From assembly GCA_937903135.1 (NCBI GenBank), contig CALDAH010000024.1, positions 18,471 to 82,470 of the forward strand: a DNA stretch of 64,000 nt. The letters run 5' to 3'. Source of the DNA: an uncultured Alphaproteobacteria bacterium. Its GTDB lineage: Bacteria; Pseudomonadota; Alphaproteobacteria; Rs-D84. How positions within the stretch are numbered: the first letter of the stretch is position 1; every line of letters starts with the position of its first letter. Of the stretch, positions 1-9,660 are shown piece by piece. Both the position numbers and the translations under genes were made by a program. Under the pieces are notes generated by a model. The model did no database searches. It saw nothing but the letters and a program-made list of their open reading frames with translations, and was not told the origin of the DNA.

Positions 1-1101
1 GCGGATGCGGTGCTGTTTGTTGTTGATGGTCGCGTTGGCCTTATGGCCGAGGATTTGGACTGGGCACGATTAATTCGCCGTAAAACAAAAGCGCCCGTAT
101 TGTTATTGGTAAACAAGGCGGAATCCGAAAAAAGACTCGGCAACGTTCATGATTTTTATAAGTTGGGCTTTGGCGCGCCGAACAAAATATCGGCGGAACA
201 TAAATCTGGCTTTGATGCGATATATGATTTTTTGGATAATATCGCAGGTGACGCGCTGTTAAATAACGATGATGCGGCCGTGCCCGATTCGCGACTGCGT
301 ATTGCGATTTTGGGACAACCGAATGTCGGAAAATCCACGTTCGTAAATCGCGTCCTGGGTCAGACACGCCAGATTGTAAAGGATGCACCCGGTATAACCC
401 GCGATACAGTTAAAATTCCGGCGCACTTTTACGGCCGTGATATTATTTTAATGGATACCGCCGGCCTGCGGCGCAAGGCGGGGGTAACCGACGACGTGGA
501 AACGCTGTCCGCGCTAAAATCGTTGGATGCGATTGAAAAATCAGATGTTGTTATATTAATGGTTGATGCCACGCGCAATATTGAAAACCAGGCACTTGGG
601 ATTGCCGCACGTGTATATAACGCGGGCAAGATTTTATGCGTCGCGCTAAACAAATGGGATTTGGTCGAACCGGCGATCCGTGATGAAAAGCTGCTGCGGC
701 TGAAACATCAATTTACCAATTCTTTTCATCAGATAATAAAACCGATGATTTTGGCTGTATCCGCAGAAACCGGCACAGGTGTTCAGAATATGTTCCGGCG
801 AATATACGAACAGTGGGATATATCATCTGCATCTGTCCCGACAAGTTTGGTAAACAGAATTGTCGAACGACTGGTATCCGAACGTCAGCCGCCGATGTCC
901 CGGCTTAAACGCCCGATGAAGATAAAGTTCGCCCGTCAAACGGGTCGCCATCCGATGCGAATAACAATTAACGTCGGCGGTGCATCAGATATCCCGGAAT
1001 CATATACGCGATACCTGCGCCGGGGAATTGCGACGGCGTTAAAATGGGAACACCTCCCTGTTGTAATTGAATATGAAAAGTCTGATAATCCGTATGATTA
1101 A
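1..1101 (+). CDS. der: GTPase Der (EngA), 5'-truncated by the window edge. The second GTPase domain and the KH-like C-terminal domain are present.
   Basis: The ORF runs in frame from base 1 to the stop at 1101. It has a G1 motif GQPNVGKST, a DTAG motif, an NKWD motif, and a conserved Der C-terminal region. Confidence 0.85.
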   Translation, partial: ADAVLFVVDGRVGLMAEDLDWARLIRRKTKAPVLLLVNKAESEKRLGNVHDFYKLGFGAPNKISAEHKSGFDAIYDFLDNIAGDALLNNDDAAVPDSRLRIAILGQPNVGKSTFVNRVLGQTRQIVKDAPGITRDTVKIPAHFYGRDIILMDTAGLRRKAGVTDDVETLSALKSLDAIEKSDVVILMVDATRNIENQALGIAARVYNAGKILCVALNKWDLVEPAIRDEKLLRLKHQFTNSFHQIIKPMILAVSAETGTGVQNMFRRIYEQWDISSASVPTSLVNRIVERLVSERQPPMSRLKRPMKIKFARQTGRHPMRITINVGGASDIPESYTRYLRRGIATALKWEHLPVVIEYEKSDNPYD

Positions 1102-1134
1102 TATGAAAATGTTAATCATACTCTATCCGTCACG

Positions 1135-1160
1135 AATCCCCGCGCCCCGCGGGGATTTTT
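1135..1160. terminator. Bidirectional rho-independent terminator (aatccccgcgccccgcggggattttt) between der and the OMP gene.
   Basis: GC-rich perfect stem flanked by A- and T-runs. Confidence 0.6.
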
Positions 1161-1165
1161 ATATT

Positions 1166-2185
1166 CTAAAACGATATACGCATCGCGGTTGATATAAACG
1201 GTGTATCGGTGCTGATCCCGATAGATATCCATCCGTCTATGTTTTCGCTGTATTTATATCGCAGTGATCCGATAACGGTATGATCGGTATAATTCTGAAT
1301 ATCGCTGTGCCATATTCCCGTATCGGTATACAAATACGACAGCGATACACTGTATTTTAATAAATCATAGCTAACGCCGGTCCCGGCGGCAATTCCGTCC
1401 CCGGTCCGTCCGATCGGATTTTGATCATAAATTGCCCGGCCTGTTATGGCGAAAATCCAGCTGTTATATTGCAGGTTCAGCCCGGCCGATATCTGTGCCC
1501 GCCAATCGGCCGTAACATTCGGTGCATATTGATCGGCATTAAAATTATCAGGGGAATCCATAAATGATGCCCCGAGTGCGAATGCCGTTTTTAATTTTCC
1601 GGCGGATTGGCGAATTTTTAATCCGGCATCAATCGCATAGTTAAAATCATCGGTTATCCCGGCAAACGATATCCCGTATTGCACCGGCCCGGTCGGCAGC
1701 GTCGCCAGATTTAATCGTATGGACTGATCGCCCGAGTCCAGCGTCGTATCACCAATCACAGGGCCGTTCGGCGATATCTTTTTATAAAACAGCGGCGTAT
1801 CATTTATTCGCATTCCCCCGACGTCCGGCAGCCCCAGGCCCAGCTTCCCGGCAATAGATTCGGTTAGCCCTAGTTCCATGCGGCCATATCTGCGGTTTTC
1901 ATATAACAAAAACGCATCATCTATGTATTCGTCGTCGTCAACGGTCTGGGCATCAATTGCGTATACCGCGCCAATCGTTTGACCGGATGCCGGGGCATAG
2001 TTTAATTGTCCGCGCAGCCGCCAGTCGCCTAAAAAATCAGGCTTTTCAAAATCCGGCTCAATAATTCCGGCCGTCCCGTGACCGGTAATTCGCATTCCAA
2101 AACGCCCGTGGTTATATCGCCATGCGCTGGCATCGGTGGCGTATAATATCGCGATTACTGAAATGGCAATATATTTTATTTTCAT
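1166..2185 (-). CDS. Outer-membrane beta-barrel protein, porin-like.
   Basis: N-terminal signal peptide MKIKYIAISVIAILYATDASA. It has alternating amphipathic beta-strand-like segments and a C-terminal aromatic residue (…MRISF). The start is placed at the internal ATG encoding MKIKY. Confidence 0.5.
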   Translation of the reverse strand: MKIKYIAISVIAILYATDASAWRYNHGRFGMRITGHGTAGIIEPDFEKPDFLGDWRLRGQLNYAPASGQTIGAVYAIDAQTVDDDEYIDDAFLLYENRRYGRMELGLTESIAGKLGLGLPDVGGMRINDTPLFYKKISPNGPVIGDTTLDSGDQSIRLNLATLPTGPVQYGISFAGITDDFNYAIDAGLKIRQSAGKLKTAFALGASFMDSPDNFNADQYAPNVTADWRAQISAGLNLQYNSWIFAITGRAIYDQNPIGRTGDGIAAGTGVSYDLLKYSVSLSYLYTDTGIWHSDIQNYTDHTVIGSLRYKYSENIDGWISIGISTDTPFISTAMRISF

Positions 2186-2186
2186 A

Positions 2187-3101
2187 TTATTTTTCCTCTC
2201 CGGCATCGGCCAGTATCGCATTGCGCAGTTTATTAAATGCCCGTTCTTCTATTTGTCGGACGCGTTCACGGGATATTCCGTATTTTTGTGATAACGCCTC
2301 AAGCGTCATTACCGGATCGTGCAGCCGCCGGGCGGATAAAATGTCGCGGTCGCGTTCAGGCAGCTCTGCTAAATGCCGCCGCAGCAGTTCGTATCCGCGG
2401 CGACGAAATTCAATCCGTTCGGCAGTGTCTGCGATATCATGCTTTGTATCGGCCAGGTTTGATAAAATATCCTGTGAATCGCCATCGTTTGTCGCCGGTG
2501 CGTTTAACGATACGTCACGTGCCCCGATCCGCGTTGCCATGCGACGAACGTCGTTTTCAGGAACATCTAAGTATTCTGCGATCTGATGTGTTTGATCATC
2601 CGATAGGTTATTGTCCAAAATCCCCAATGCACGCTTTGCCCGGGCCAGGTTGAAAAATACGCGTTTCTGATTCGCCGATGTTCCAATTTTAACAATTGAC
2701 CAGTTATTAAGTATGGTTTCATAAATCTCGGCCTTGATCCAAAACATCGCGTACGTAGAGAAACGAAATCCCTTTTCCGGGTCAAATTTCTGCAGTGCCT
2801 GCATTAATCCCATATTACCGCTGGCGATTAAATCACCGACGGGAACGCCATAGTTTTTAAAATCGTACGCAACCGATACAACCAGTCGCAGATGACTCGC
2901 GATTAGCTTTTCAGCGGCGTCGGAATCTTGTTGTTTAACCCATTGACTGGCGTATTCATATTCTTGTTCGGCGGTTAATACCGGGAATTTTTGAATTGTT
3001 TGAATATATTGGGCCAAACCGGATTCATCACTAACCCCGCGGGCCGCAACCAGGCTGGTATTTTGTGTCGCCGGTAAAGCGTTCTTGATTTGCTTTTTCA
3101 T
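2187..3101 (-). CDS. rpoH: RNA polymerase sigma-32 factor RpoH.
   Basis: Sigma-70 regions 2-4 are present, together with the RpoH box-like QKRVFFNLARAKRAL. Length is about 300 aa. Confidence 0.85.
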   Translation of the reverse strand: MKKQIKNALPATQNTSLVAARGVSDESGLAQYIQTIQKFPVLTAEQEYEYASQWVKQQDSDAAEKLIASHLRLVVSVAYDFKNYGVPVGDLIASGNMGLMQALQKFDPEKGFRFSTYAMFWIKAEIYETILNNWSIVKIGTSANQKRVFFNLARAKRALGILDNNLSDDQTHQIAEYLDVPENDVRRMATRIGARDVSLNAPATNDGDSQDILSNLADTKHDIADTAERIEFRRRGYELLRRHLAELPERDRDILSARRLHDPVMTLEALSQKYGISRERVRQIEERAFNKLRNAILADAGEEK

Positions 3102-3166
3102 AACTTTTATAGTATAGCAATAAAATAAGATTTATCAAGATGCCATATAACAGAGGAGAATTTTCC

Positions 3167-3817
3167 ATGGCCAGTATTTTGGAAAGAAATAAAAAGGTAA
3201 AAACACCGAAAAAAACACGCGAAGACTACGCCGAAGATGCCCTCTATCGCGAGGTCTGGGAAGAGGTTAATAATGAAAAAACTATGCGTTTTATCAGGAA
3301 ATATTACCGCTATATGATTGCGGCCGCACTGGTTATACTAATCGCTGCGACGGCTGTTAATATCGGTATTCGTACGCATCGGGCGAATAAGATTGCCGTG
3401 GCAACAAATTATGAAAACGCGGTTGTAAATATGGATGCAAATGCATTGGCGGCGATCGGGGATAATTCTAATGGCGCGGCGGGTGATTTGGCATTGTTTC
3501 AGTCGTATCTGTTGGATAACGACGCATCCAAACTGGATCGGTTGGCGAATAACGGTGCAACCCGTGATTTTCGTGATTTGGCAAAAATGCATATCGCAAA
3601 TCTTCGCGGTGATGATATGTCGGCGACAGATCTGGAAAAATATTTATCGTCGCTGGATACAAAAAAATCACCGTATTATTACAGCAGTCGCCTGTTGATT
3701 GCCCAGAAGTATTTAGCCGAAGGTAACCGCGCGGCTGCAAATAAATGGCTGGATAAGATTTTATCGGACAAAGACGCGCCGGCAATGATATCTGCGGCGG
3801 CAACGACACTTAAATAA
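3167..3817 (+). CDS. Membrane-anchored periplasmic protein, YfgM-like, with TPR-like helical repeats.
   Basis: A single N-terminal TM (IAAALVILIAATAVNIGI) is followed by a helical periplasmic domain. An SD (agaggag) lies 8 nt upstream of the ATG at 3167. It sits next to a BamB-like gene, as yfgM does in E. coli. Confidence 0.4.
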   Translation: MASILERNKKVKTPKKTREDYAEDALYREVWEEVNNEKTMRFIRKYYRYMIAAALVILIAATAVNIGIRTHRANKIAVATNYENAVVNMDANALAAIGDNSNGAAGDLALFQSYLLDNDASKLDRLANNGATRDFRDLAKMHIANLRGDDMSATDLEKYLSSLDTKKSPYYYSSRLLIAQKYLAEGNRAAANKWLDKILSDKDAPAMISAAATTLK

Positions 3818-3835
3818 TAAAAAAGGGTAAAATAA

Positions 3836-4561
3836 ATGCGTAAAATTGCGTGCTTTATCGGATGTATTTTATTTTTATCGGCATGTGATAAACACGATCC
3901 GATATTACCGGGCGTTCGTACCGCAATTTTTGATGCCGGCAGTGTAACTGTTCTGCACGAAAACGTTCCCGATTTACCCGAAACCATAGATAACCCTGCC
4001 CCGGCGGCGTGTCCGTATCGTCAGGATTCGTCTAATGTAATCTGGCGCGGGGATAAAAAAATTTTCAGCGGCTTCCCGACCAGTAACTCGGTAAAAAGCG
4101 ACCAGAGTCCCGTATGCAGCGGCCGATATGTTTACGCCGGGCTAACCACCGGTGAATTGGTTAAGGTAAACGGCCAGACGCGTCAGATCGTATGGATCGC
4201 GGATATTTATCGGGCAAGTAATTTAACCGGCGGGGCATCTGTTTTGGATATTGTCGCGCCAATCGTTCTGCGTGGTGATTATGTATATGCCGGCAGTATT
4301 GGGGATGCGTTTTGCAAAATAAACGCGGGTAATGGCGCAAAAAAATGGTGCGCGGATATCGGTACGGCCATGCCGTTTATTGTCGCCGATAACGTGGTGT
4401 TTGTCGCAGGGGTGGATAACCACCTGTATGCGCTGCGCGTGCGCGATGGCGTTGCATATTGGCGTGCCCCGATAAAAAATCAGGCGGCCCCGCGATATGA
4501 AAACAAAATTATATCCGTCGGCACACAGAAATTTAATGCCGAAAACGGGTCAGAGATATAA
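3836..4561 (+). CDS. Short BamB-like PQQ beta-propeller lipoprotein.
   Basis: Lipobox LFLSAC. It has repeated 'YVYAG…G.L.A…G…W' PQQ-like blades. At 241 aa it is shorter than canonical BamB (about 390 aa). Confidence 0.45.
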   Translation: MRKIACFIGCILFLSACDKHDPILPGVRTAIFDAGSVTVLHENVPDLPETIDNPAPAACPYRQDSSNVIWRGDKKIFSGFPTSNSVKSDQSPVCSGRYVYAGLTTGELVKVNGQTRQIVWIADIYRASNLTGGASVLDIVAPIVLRGDYVYAGSIGDAFCKINAGNGAKKWCADIGTAMPFIVADNVVFVAGVDNHLYALRVRDGVAYWRAPIKNQAAPRYENKIISVGTQKFNAENGSEI

Positions 4562-4564
4562 ATA

Positions 4565-4594
4565 AAAATACCGGCATTTGCCGGTGTTTTTATT
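4565..4594. terminator. Bidirectional terminator of the accggcatttgccggt family.
   Basis: Perfect palindrome flanked by A- and T-runs, placed between a convergent gene pair. Confidence 0.6.
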
Positions 4595-4598
4595 TATT

Positions 4599-5066
4599 TT
4601 ATTTATTACGATTTTTGCGAAACTCATCCAATGAAACCACGCGGCCCGGATCGGATATACTGCTCGGTTTTTCATCCAGCGGCAATTCCATGTCATTATC
4701 CGCCGCCGCACTTTGGTTTTTCGGGTGAAATGACAGCATAAAATCAACAGACGGATCTTTGAATTCAACCAGTGCTGAAAACGGTACGCGTATAAAAAAC
4801 GGGCGGCCGTCAAATGTTAATTGAACACCGAATTCTTTGTCCGATACATGCAGATTATTGTATGAATACTGCAATACAATTGTCATTATATCCGGGTATC
4901 GTATACGCAGAAAATCAGGTAAAACAACGCCCGTGTCACGTGTTTTAAATGTAATAAAAAAATGTGTCCCATCGCCAAGTCCATTAAACTGGGCATGAAC
5001 CAGCGCATCTTTTACCACGGATTTTAATGCGTTATCTAGTAATGTTTGGTAATCAATCTTGCTCAT
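4599..5066 (-). CDS. sspB: ClpXP adaptor SspB (stringent starvation protein B), alphaproteobacterial type.
   Basis: Strong similarity to Caulobacter SspB (IDYQTLL…HFFITFKT…GVVLP…YPDIMTIVLQ…FKDPSV). The start is set at MSKIDYQ. Confidence 0.75.
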   Translation of the reverse strand: MSKIDYQTLLDNALKSVVKDALVHAQFNGLGDGTHFFITFKTRDTGVVLPDFLRIRYPDIMTIVLQYSYNNLHVSDKEFGVQLTFDGRPFFIRVPFSALVEFKDPSVDFMLSFHPKNQSAAADNDMELPLDEKPSSISDPGRVVSLDEFRKNRNK

Positions 5067-6153
5067 CGGTAAAATACTCCGTGGATAGTATATTATTAAT
5101 TTGTCCATCGGCGCAAGTAACAAATGCAGCATCGGGGACGTCTTTGAATATTGCCGCGTCAATTCCGGTTGCCCATACCTGTGCGTGGGCACGCCCAAGT
5201 TCACCGAACAGCCGACGGCGGGCATCTGCATCTAAATGGGCGGCCGCTTCGTCCAGTAAAATAATGGGGCGTTTTCCGGTTTTCGTATAAACAAGCTTTG
5301 CGTGGGCCAAAATCATATCCAGTAAAACCGTTTTTTGCTGGCCTGTGCTGGTTAAATGTGCCGGCAGCCCCAGCGTTTTATTATATACGCCAAAATCAGA
5401 TTTGTGCGGCCCGTCCAATAACATTTTATCCCCGACCAGTTCGCGGGTGTTTTTAAGATATTCTATGTACGCGCGTTCTGCATCCCCGGGTGTTTTACCG
5501 TTTATTAGCATCTGTTCTACGTATCCGTCAACGGATACGGCAGCATTGGTTAAAAAATAGTTAACCTCGCCCGCGTATTGTATACGTGCCGCGGCAATTG
5601 CCACAGCTGCGGCGGCGATCTGGATATCCAGGGCGTCAATCCATCGGTTATCCCGACCGGATTTCAGTGCAAATGCGCGTTCCGATAACAGCTTTGTAAT
5701 TCGGCCGACGCGTCCGGCATGGGCGGCATCAAAGCTGGCCGCAAGTCTGTCAAAAAATGTACGGCGTTCAGATGCGCTGGTCGTAAATATACGATCCTCG
5801 CGCGGGGTTATCCATACCATACGCAGTCGGGCGGCCATATCGGTCATTGTTGCCGGGTCGCCGTCAATACGCGCCCGTCGGTTCGCGTCACCGGGGGAAA
5901 ATGTAATTGATACCTCGCTGTCATCATCTAATGCCGCGAAAACAGAAAAACCGCCCGACGCGCCAAATCGCGCAATATCGGCCAGTGGTACGCCGCGCAT
6001 TCCCCTGTCGCCGGATAAAAACGAAACGGCCTCAAGTATTGCGGTTTTTCCCGCCCCGTTCGGGCCGGTAATAATAATATTACTGTGTCCGGCGGTCTGG
6101 ATTCGGCACATTTCATGATTGCGAAAATCAGATAGGGTTAATGAATTTATCAT
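5053..6153 (-). CDS. recF: DNA replication and repair protein RecF.
   Basis: Walker A motif GPNGAGKT and an SMC-like ABC ATPase signature. Length is about 366 aa. Confidence 0.9.
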   Translation of the reverse strand: MINSLTLSDFRNHEMCRIQTAGHSNIIITGPNGAGKTAILEAVSFLSGDRGMRGVPLADIARFGASGGFSVFAALDDDSEVSITFSPGDANRRARIDGDPATMTDMAARLRMVWITPREDRIFTTSASERRTFFDRLAASFDAAHAGRVGRITKLLSERAFALKSGRDNRWIDALDIQIAAAAVAIAAARIQYAGEVNYFLTNAAVSVDGYVEQMLINGKTPGDAERAYIEYLKNTRELVGDKMLLDGPHKSDFGVYNKTLGLPAHLTSTGQQKTVLLDMILAHAKLVYTKTGKRPIILLDEAAAHLDADARRRLFGELGRAHAQVWATGIDAAIFKDVPDAAFVTCADGQINNILSTEYFTDEQD

Positions 6154-6192
6154 AGCCCGATAATACAATTATAATATTAAAAATACAAAATA

Positions 6193-6230
6193 AAAATGCA
6201 TATAAACCGGTGGGCTTTATGCATTTTTTA
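6193..6230 (-). terminator. Hairpin (10-bp AT-rich stem) immediately 3' of tRNA-Cys, followed by a T-run on the minus strand.
   Basis: The sequence aaaatgcata…tatgcatttt forms a perfect inverted repeat. Confidence 0.35.
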
Positions 6231-6233
6231 AAC

Positions 6234-6307
6234 TGGAGGCATGGGTCGGAATCGAACCGGCATACAAGGATTTGCAGTCCTCTGCATAACCACTCTGCCA
6301 CCATGCC
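6234..6307 (-). tRNA. tRNA-Cys (anticodon GCA).
   Basis: The reverse complement folds as a cloverleaf with anticodon loop CUGCAAA, a T-arm GGTTCGATTCC, and a CCA end encoded. Confidence 0.85.
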
Positions 6308-6403
6308 ATACGGTTAAACGTAACTATACTACGCAAAAAAAATTTGTAATTCAACATAAAAATTGTAATATATAGTATATTGTAGAGTATGAGAGAGATT
6401 TTT

Positions 6404-7738
6404 ATGAAAAAAATTATATTGTTATTATGTTACGTGCCATATGCGGCGTTCGGATCGGCCATAGATGATTGCCTTAATCGCAAAACCGTTCCGACGGAAA
6501 AACTGTCGCTGCCCGAGATTATAAATCTAGGGCTGTGCCGAAACCCCCAGACTACGGCCGCGTATTTATCTGCGGAATCCGCGCGTTTTCAAAAAAATGC
6601 AGGTTATGCAAATTATCTGCCGCAGGTAAATGCATCCGCGTCCGCGTCATTGCCGTATCGTAATCAGGAATGGGGGGACTGGTCATATGGCGCATCACTG
6701 TCGGCATCATATTTAATATTTGATTTTGGCAAACGTTTGGCGGATTTAAATCAATTAGCGGCCGTTTGGTGTGCGACCGGGTTTGATTATGACGAAACGG
6801 TTCAGAGTTATGTATATGGACTAATTGCGTCGTATTATTCATTACTAAACGCGGATGCTGATGTAAACTCGGCATCGTCCCTGCGGGCGGTTGCCCAGAC
6901 GGCCAAAGAAACGGCCCAGAAAAAATTCAAAGCCGGCGCAGTCGCAAAAGCAGATGTGCTAAAGGCGGAAACGACCCTGGCGACGCGCGATCTGGAACTG
7001 GAACGGGCGAAAAATAACCGCGAGATTGCAAAAGGCACACTTTTATCCAAGCTTTCGTTCCCGGCGAATCAAAATATTGAAATCGCGGATATGCCATCTG
7101 AAATCGGAATGCCGCAGGAAAACGAAACAATTGACGAGTTGATCGCGACCGCGGAAAAGAAACGCCCGGATTTATTACGTGCAACCGCTAACAAGGACGC
7201 GGCATGGCATCGGCGCAATAGTGTATTTTTAAGTAACCTGCCGAGCATATCGGCCAGTGGGACACTGTCGTGGAATGATACGCCGGCCGAATCGTTTGGC
7301 GCAGGCAGCGATAAAATCAGCGGCAGTATTGGAATTCGTGCATCTATGCCGATATTTGCAGGTTTTGCAAATATGTACGGCGTTCGTTCGGCCCAGGCAA
7401 ACTATGAACGTGCGATCGAACAGGAACGTGCAACCATGGACTCGGCGGTGCTGGATATTTTCACGGCATATCAAAACTATAAAACCGCCCAGACCGTTCT
7501 GCGTCAAACCCAGACTCTGCTGGCGTCCGCGACGGAAAGCGAACGTGTTATCGCCGGTATGTATAAGGTCGGGCGCGCAACTATGCTGGACTGGCAGACG
7601 GCCCAGTCGGATTTAGTTGATGCCGAAAAACAAAACAACGCTGCTAAATACGATCTGTTTACAAAACGGGCCGCGGTCGCATTGGCAATTGGTGATATAA
7701 AAGTTCAACTCGAAGATGGGGAAAATAATAATGATTAA
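6404..7738 (+). CDS. TolC-family outer membrane efflux protein.
   Basis: Signal peptide, two OEP-type repeats, and an operon position ahead of an adaptor and a MacB-type ABC transporter. Confidence 0.75.
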   Translation: MKKIILLLCYVPYAAFGSAIDDCLNRKTVPTEKLSLPEIINLGLCRNPQTTAAYLSAESARFQKNAGYANYLPQVNASASASLPYRNQEWGDWSYGASLSASYLIFDFGKRLADLNQLAAVWCATGFDYDETVQSYVYGLIASYYSLLNADADVNSASSLRAVAQTAKETAQKKFKAGAVAKADVLKAETTLATRDLELERAKNNREIAKGTLLSKLSFPANQNIEIADMPSEIGMPQENETIDELIATAEKKRPDLLRATANKDAAWHRRNSVFLSNLPSISASGTLSWNDTPAESFGAGSDKISGSIGIRASMPIFAGFANMYGVRSAQANYERAIEQERATMDSAVLDIFTAYQNYKTAQTVLRQTQTLLASATESERVIAGMYKVGRATMLDWQTAQSDLVDAEKQNNAAKYDLFTKRAAVALAIGDIKVQLEDGENNND

Positions 7739-8906
7739 GGCAATAAAAAAATTACTTAAATGGGTATGGCGTAAAAAATGGTGGGTTTTAATAATTGCGA
7801 TTATTACAATCGCGCTGCTAATGATTTTCGGCGGATCGGATACTGAAAAATCAGAATTTGCAACCGTTCGCGTATCGCGCGGTGATATTCGCCAGGTCGT
7901 CAGTGCCACGGGTGAAATTCAACCGGTAAATACCGTAAACGTTGGATCACAGGTATCCGGGACAATTGATAATATTTTCGTTGATTATAATTCCAAGGTT
8001 AAAAAAGGCGACGTTTTATTAACAATTGAACCATCTGTATTACAGGCATCCGTTGACGAGGCGCGCGCATCACTTACCAGTTCCCAGTCCAAGCGTAACT
8101 ATGCAAAAAGCGAGTATGAACGTAATAAAATCCTCTATCAGGATGGGTTTATATCACGTGCCGAAATGGAACAATCACAGACCACATACGAACAGGCCGA
8201 ACAAGATGTTGTCCGCATGCAGTCGCAATATGACCGGGCGCAGACAAATCTGGGCTATGCGACCATTATATCACCGGTTGACGGCACGGTAATATCGCGC
8301 AAGGTTGATACCGGTCAAACCGTTGCAGCATCGTTTCAAACCCCGGATTTATTTGAAATCGCCGAAGATTTATCAAAAATGCAGATCGAGACATCCGTAT
8401 CCGAGGCAGATATTGGCGTTATCAAAGAGGGGCAGCGTGTAACATTTACCGTTGATGCATACCCGCTGCAGACGTTCGAAGGGATCGTACGTCAGATTCG
8501 TTTATCGCCTACGACTACGTCGAACGTTGTGGTATATACCGTTGTAATTGATGTTGATAATTCAGACCTGCGCCTGATGCCGGGGATGACTGCGTTTGTA
8601 ACGATTGTAATATCTGAAAAAGATGACGCGTTTAAAGCGCCCAATGCAGCGTTCTTGGTTCGAACATTTAACGGCGTTATTGAAAACCCAGGGGACGCGA
8701 CGCCAAAAACACATCTGGCGATCCAACGCGGAGCGGATGTTGTTTTAATCCCGTATCAAAAAGGGTTGGTAACCGCGACCGAAACCGAGATTGTTTCAGA
8801 TGATATCCGTGACGGGGATAAAATTATCACAGGGCGAATTGGCGCGGCCGCATCCGGTAAAAACGGTGCGCAGCGAATGCCGGGTATGGGCCCGGGGGCG
8901 CGTTAA
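7731..8906 (+). CDS. macA: Efflux transporter periplasmic adaptor subunit (HlyD/MacA family).
   Basis: N-terminal TM, coiled-coil and lipoyl/barrel motifs. It overlaps the end of the TolC-family gene. Confidence 0.75.
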   Translation: MIKAIKKLLKWVWRKKWWVLIIAIITIALLMIFGGSDTEKSEFATVRVSRGDIRQVVSATGEIQPVNTVNVGSQVSGTIDNIFVDYNSKVKKGDVLLTIEPSVLQASVDEARASLTSSQSKRNYAKSEYERNKILYQDGFISRAEMEQSQTTYEQAEQDVVRMQSQYDRAQTNLGYATIISPVDGTVISRKVDTGQTVAASFQTPDLFEIAEDLSKMQIETSVSEADIGVIKEGQRVTFTVDAYPLQTFEGIVRQIRLSPTTTSNVVVYTVVIDVDNSDLRLMPGMTAFVTIVISEKDDAFKAPNAAFLVRTFNGVIENPGDATPKTHLAIQRGADVVLIPYQKGLVTATETEIVSDDIRDGDKIITGRIGAAASGKNGAQRMPGMGPGAR

Positions 8907-8917
8907 TGGGGGAATAT

Positions 8918-9640
8918 ATGAAACAGTCACCTGAAATTGTAATCTCTATGCAGGATATTTCAAAAAGCTTTCCGCTGGAAATGGGCGGTCAGCAGCAGGT
9001 TTTATTTGACATAACGTTCAATGTTGCCTTAGGGGAATTTGTTGCAATCATGGGCCCGTCGGGGTCGGGGAAATCTACGTGTATGAATATTATCGGGGCA
9101 CTGGATACACCGACCGGTGGCGTATATAAGCTATACGGCCGTGATATAACAAACATGACCGCCGACGAATTGGCGGTTATACGAAACGAATATATCGGGT
9201 TCGTTTTTCAGCAGTTTAACCTGCTCTCGAAGCGATCGGTTTTAGATAATGTTATGCTGCCGCTTATGTATCGTGGCCTGCCGATGGATGAACGCATTCG
9301 CAGGGCACGTGAAATGTTGAAAAAGGTAGGACTGGAAAAATTTGAAACATATCTGCCGACCCAGCTATCGGGCGGTATGAAACAGCGCGTTGCAATCGCC
9401 CGGGCTTTGGCCGGCGATCCAAAGCTGATATTGGCCGACGAACCGACCGGTGCGCTGGACAGTAAAATGGGAAACGAGATATTAAAATTCTTTAAACAGC
9501 TAAACAAAGACATGGGAATAACCATCGTTATGATAACCCATGAATTTGATATTGCGAAATACGCCGACCGGTTAATTCATATACGTGACGGGCGAATTAA
9601 CTATGACGGTAAAATCCCCAAAAATGACGATAATCTATAA
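8918..9640 (+). CDS. macB: MacB/LolD-type ABC transporter ATP-binding protein.
   Basis: Walker A GPSGSGKST, ABC signature LSGGMKQRVAIARAL, and Walker B ILADEPTGALD. Confidence 0.85.
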   Translation: MKQSPEIVISMQDISKSFPLEMGGQQQVLFDITFNVALGEFVAIMGPSGSGKSTCMNIIGALDTPTGGVYKLYGRDITNMTADELAVIRNEYIGFVFQQFNLLSKRSVLDNVMLPLMYRGLPMDERIRRAREMLKKVGLEKFETYLPTQLSGGMKQRVAIARALAGDPKLILADEPTGALDSKMGNEILKFFKQLNKDMGITIVMITHEFDIAKYADRLIHIRDGRINYDGKIPKNDDNL

Positions 9641-9660
9641 ACATAAAACAGTGTAAAAAA

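Noticed and set aside
2122-2653. ORFs of 154 and 138 aa on the + strand overlapping rpoH.
   Set aside because: They are antisense to a well-supported rpoH CDS, Arg/Ser-rich with a low-complexity translation typical of the wrong frame of a GC-rich gene, and have no start-site signals.
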